Assembly: GCA_002269645.1 (NCBI GenBank)
Contig: NIVC01002531.1
Location: 1-47,175 of the forward strand
DNA length: 47,175 nt
Reading direction: 5' to 3'
Source of the DNA: Macrostomum lignano
Lineage: Eukaryota
The notes under the pieces are model-generated. The model worked only from the letters and a program-made list of their open reading frames with translations. It ran no database searches and had not been told where the DNA came from. Numbering within the stretch: the first letter of the stretch is position 1; every line of letters begins with the position of its first letter. Positions 43,630 to 47,175 of the stretch are shown here, piece after piece. A program made the position numbers and the translations under genes.

Positions 43630-44230
43630 CTGCCACAGGCCGCACGGGTAGCCTCTAAAGTAGGGCCGCGAGCCGGCGCAGGCCACCCAGTTGTCCGGCG
43701 GCTTCTCGGGGAAACCGGACTCGGCCAGCAGGTGCTGCCAGATAGCGGCCGACGCTTCGCCAGCCAAGGCGGCCGGCAGCGACTCCGGCATGGCGGCGGC
43801 CAGGCGACCGGCGGCAGGCAGCAGCGGGGCGGCTAGCCTGGCGACGTCGCGGGCCGCTCGCCAGACCCGGGGCCGGCCGGGTCCGGCCAGCGCCACGTCC
43901 GACACCAGGGCGCGGATCAGCGCGCTTTTTAAGTCCGCTCGTGTCGGCGGCCGCGGCGCCTTCGGACTCGACGGTGCGGTGTCGCCTGTCGGTGTGGGGC
44001 GCGTCGGCTGCTTCAAGCCGATGAGGCGGCGCAGGCTGGCGGCATCGCTGGCCGAGCCAGCCGGGGCGCTGGAACCGTCGGCGGCCACGCGGCTCAGCCG
44101 CACGGCGGGGGCGGAGTCCACCGACGCTCGCCAGCGCAGGCTGCGGACGTGCAGCGCCTCCAGAATGAGGCCGCGCGACAGGACGCCGGGCCGCGGCTCC
44201 TCCAGGATGAAATCGCAGTCTGCAGTTTCG
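43630..44230 (-). CDS. QSOX: QSOX exon 3 (degenerate Trx2, linker, helix-rich region)
   Basis: RADLKSAL...NWVACAGSRPYFRGYPCGLWQ; canonical splice sites with consistent phases. Confidence 0.9.
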
Positions 44231-44250
44231 CTGAAAGAGAAGGGCTTAAC

Positions 44251-44395
44251 CATCAGCACTCAGCACGGCATCTCTCACTGATGCAATCCGCCATCAGCAC
44301 TCAGCACGGCATTTCTTACTGATGCAATCCGCCATTAGCACTCAGCACGGCATCTCTCACTGATGCAATCTGCCATCAGCACTCAGCACAGCACT
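44251..44395. repeat. 41 bp tandem repeat, ~3.5 units, in QSOX intron 2
   Basis: Unit CCATCAGCACTCAGCACGGCATCTCTCACTGATGCAATCCG. Confidence 0.9.
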
Positions 44396-44417
44396 GAGAG
44401 TTCGGACCGGAACTCAC

Positions 44418-44649
44418 CCGGGCTGCAGCGGACGCAGCTGCGGCACAAAGGGCTCCATGAGGTCCAGCAGCCGCTCGGGAAGCTCGCTGGTGTCCCTGGG
44501 CAGGGCGGCGGAGAAGCCGCTGGCCCAGCTGCAGTTGGGCGCCACATAAAGCAGCGACGGTACACCGGAGAGGCCGAAGTGCCGCATCGCCCGGGCATTC
44601 CTTTGCTTCGCCACGTCGATCACGCCGATGCGCAGAGTGTAACGCCAGG
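44418..44649 (-). CDS. QSOX: QSOX exon 2 (Trx1 second half)
   Basis: PWRYTLRIGVIDVAK...FGLSGVPSLLYV; acceptor ctcctcag, donor GTGAGT. Confidence 0.9.
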
Positions 44650-45141
44650 CTGAGGAGAAACCCAGTTTACAATTCGTCCGATAATCAGAATCCGACGGCG
44701 ACAAAATATTTTTGGGTGGTGGGGGCCCTGCTTTGTGCCCTTGGGAGTCGATGGGAATTGGCACACTACTGTGGTTGGGGCCCGTGGGGGCCGTAGCCCA
44801 GCGGTAGCGCAGCTGCTCTGGTGTGCCGCGACCCAGGCTCGATTCCAAGTGCAGCCACATTAATTTGGGGCTGGATTGGAATCTTGGCTTGGCTCGCTTG
44901 TGCAATTAACGGCCTTGAGAGCCAACCCCCCAAGGCGCAGTGAAGTGTACATGCCTAACAATTGATAAAGTTAGGGCCGCTGTACACTCCTGTGTGAGCG
45001 TGTGCCTGCGTACGTATCCGCGCGCTTGTATGCCTGCTCAGGGGAGTCGGCGGAATGGGCAGTAATGCCTCTCGCCGGTTGTGTGCCAATGACGCTTAAA
45101 TTGCGCCAGGGTGCACACAACCCCCCTGCCTCTAATAAAAA

Positions 45142-45700
45142 GTGGTTGGGGCCCTGCTTTGTGCCCTTGGGAGTCGATGGGTATTGGCACACTACTGTGG
45201 TTGGGGCCCTGCTTTGTGCCCTTGGGAGTCGGTGGGTATTGGCACACTACTGTGGTTGGGGCCCTGCTTTGTGCCCTTGGGAGTCGATGGGTATTGGCAC
45301 ACTACTGTGGTTTAGGGCCCTGCTTTGTGCCCTTGGAGTCGATGGGTATTTGCACACTACTGTGGTTGGGGCACTGCTTTGTGCCCTTGGGAGTCGATGG
45401 GAATTGGTACACTACTGTGGTTGGGCACTGCTTTGTGCCCTTGGGAGTCGATGGGTATTGGCACACTACTGTGGTTGGGGCCCTGCTTTGTGCCCTTGGA
45501 GTCGATGGGTATTGGCACACTACTGTGGTTGGGGCCCTGCTTTGTGCCCTTGGGAGTCGATGGGTATTGGCACACTACTGTGGTTGGGGCCCTACTTTGT
45601 GCCCTTGGGAGTCGATGGGTATTGGCACACTACTGTGGTTGGGGCACTGCTTTGTGCCCTTGGGAGTCGATGGGAATTGGCACACTACTGTGGTTGGGGC
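45142..45700. repeat. 55 bp minisatellite, ~10 units, in QSOX intron 1, with a detached copy at ~44716-44780
   Basis: Unit GGTTGGGGCCCTGCTTTGTGCCCTTGGGAGTCGATGGGTATTGGCACACTACTGT. Confidence 0.95.
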
Positions 45701-46143
45701 TTTTCTCGGTGCCCGATATGGTAATGAGACATCTATTGGGAGAAGTGGTAAACTAGAGCTCGAGCTCCCGATTACATGCAACTGCTACTCGTAACAGTCA
45801 ACTTCGCCCTTAACTGCTTGACAAAGTACGCAGTAACGAGTACTCGTACCAAGTAACTTCTATTGATTAACGTCTATTGATAATCGACTGGACTTTAAGC
45901 CTCTTTAACATTAGATGAACAGGTGATGAGCCAGTGACTCCGCACCCCTCTCACCCAAGACTGACTGTTCAGAGAGCCCCGAATCCAAGTCAGAAAGCGG
46001 TCAATGTACACCCGTAGTGATTTTCTCACAAGGATCAATTCAGTCTTGTCTCGAGTACTAGTACCGTTACGAGCGTAATGACCATTCTAGGGGATGCATG
46101 CAATTTGGGAAAAACGGATTTCCCGGGTGACTGGTGGACTCAC

Positions 46144-46444
46144 GCCAAAGCTCGCTGGCCAGCTTCTTGAATGCGCCGGAGTAAGCAATGCAGTGGCCGC
46201 AGGAGGCGTGGTAAACCTGCAGCAGCCAGTGCCGCTGCCGGCCTGGGTCATAGACTGCCGCTCTCAGCTGACGGAAGTCCAGCGGAGTGACGCCGTCAAC
46301 TGGGGTGTAGAGCACGCCACTGCCTCCGCTGACAGAGCCAGCAGCAGTGGCCAGAAGCAGCAGCAGCAGCAGCAGCAGCACTGGCAACAGAGGGAAAAAT
46401 CTGGCGGCGAAAGGCCGACCAGATGGGCGGCGGCAGCTCAGCAT
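46144..46444 (-). CDS. QSOX: QSOX exon 1 (signal peptide, Trx1 with CGHC)
   Basis: ATG at 46444, poly-Leu signal, WLLQVYHASCGHCIAYS, donor GTGAGT at 46143. Confidence 0.92.
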
Positions 46445-46772
46445 CGACGGACGCCCTCGATGGCGCGGCGATCGGCTACTTCAGGAAGCTCAGAATGCGG
46501 TGAAACTGGAAGAATGCACAAAGTGCACCAAAGTGACATTGTAAATAGTTTTGCTTATTCTCCGATTGGACTGTTGAAAAAGGGGGGTGCCAACAACTTG
46601 CAATTCAATATGCAGCCCGACTCAGAGCTCCGGACCAAACCGACTGCGCTCGACAGCAGAGGCACACCGAGACATTCCAGGTGCTCCCAAGTTACAGTCG
46701 ATTTGGTCCGAAGCTTCATTTCAGGCTCCATTGCAAATTTTTAGCTGACAGCCCTCGCCAGGTCAGTCAGCG

Positions 46773-47175
46773 TGTGTCAGATTGCTCAAGGTGTCAGTTG
46801 GAGCGAGTGTCGAGCTTGTGTCAGATTGCTCAAGGTGTCAGTTGGAGCTGTGTCAGATTGCTCAAGGTGTCAGTTGGAGCTTGTGTCAGATTGCTCAAGG
46901 TGTCAGTTGGAGCTTGTGTCAGATTGCTCAAGGTGTCAGTTGGAGCTTGTGTCAGATTGCTCAAGGTGTCAGTTGGAGCTTGTGTCAGATTGCTCAAGGT
47001 GTCAGTTGGAGCTTGTGTCAGATTGCTCAAGGTGTCAGTTGGAGCTTGTGTCAGATTGCTCAAGGTGTCAGTTGGAGCTTGTGTCAGATTGCTCAAGGTG
47101 TCAGTTGGAGCTTGTGTCAGATTGCTCAAGGTGTCAGTTGGAGCTTGTGTCAGATTGCTCAAGGTGTCAGTTGGA
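46773..47175. repeat. 33 bp minisatellite (GTGTCAGATTGCTCAAGGTGTCAGTTGGAGCTT), runs off the window
   Basis: At least 12 near-perfect tandem units. Confidence 0.97.

Noticed and set aside
45002-45794. Hydrophobic repetitive ORFs, also 25068-25334 and 46830-47162
   Set aside because: Stop-free frames of minisatellites, with non-ATG starts or intronic position.
11742-46444. Redox gene cluster (Rieske, cytochrome b561, QSOX)
   Set aside because: Different compartments and orientations, separated by transposons; nothing suggests co-regulation.
13501-47175. Tandem arrays as CRISPR arrays
   Set aside because: Units are contiguous with no unique spacers, there are no cas genes, and the context is eukaryotic.

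Overview
Eukaryotic (invertebrate animal) genomic DNA: GC-rich spliced exons, AT-rich or minisatellite-filled introns, and many retroelements. The style suggests a flatworm such as Macrostomum, which is inference only. Left to right: (1) 1-~9340, minus strand: a retroelement-like unit with a TATA/CCAAT promoter, a long leader with frameshifted accessory ORFs, a two-knuckle Gag, and directly behind it a class III (chuvirus G / herpes gB / rhabdovirus G-like) envelope glycoprotein. No pol lies between gag and env. (2) The terminal coding exon of the mitochondrial Rieske protein UQCRFS1. (3) A nest: a 21-22 bp minisatellite split by a Ty3/Gypsy (Mag-like) element with identical 159 bp LTRs and a 5 bp TSD, whose integrase is interrupted by a full-length 5.8 kb LOA-like LINE with a 13 bp TSD. 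(4) A two-pore K+ channel gene (+). (5) A cytochrome b561 gene (-) whose exon 3 donor junction is tandemly amplified about 18 times. (6) A second, decayed LOA-like LINE (+). (7) A secreted DUF5054/GH38-like gene (+). (8) A QSOX sulfhydryl oxidase gene (-), plus further minisatellites. Most novel signals: a ~220-240 nt covarying, apparently pseudoknotted RNA shared by the 5' UTRs of the two divergent LINEs, and the pol-less Gag-Env unit. All alignments were done by eye. Many frameshifts, including one in a conserved host gene, may be assembly errors.
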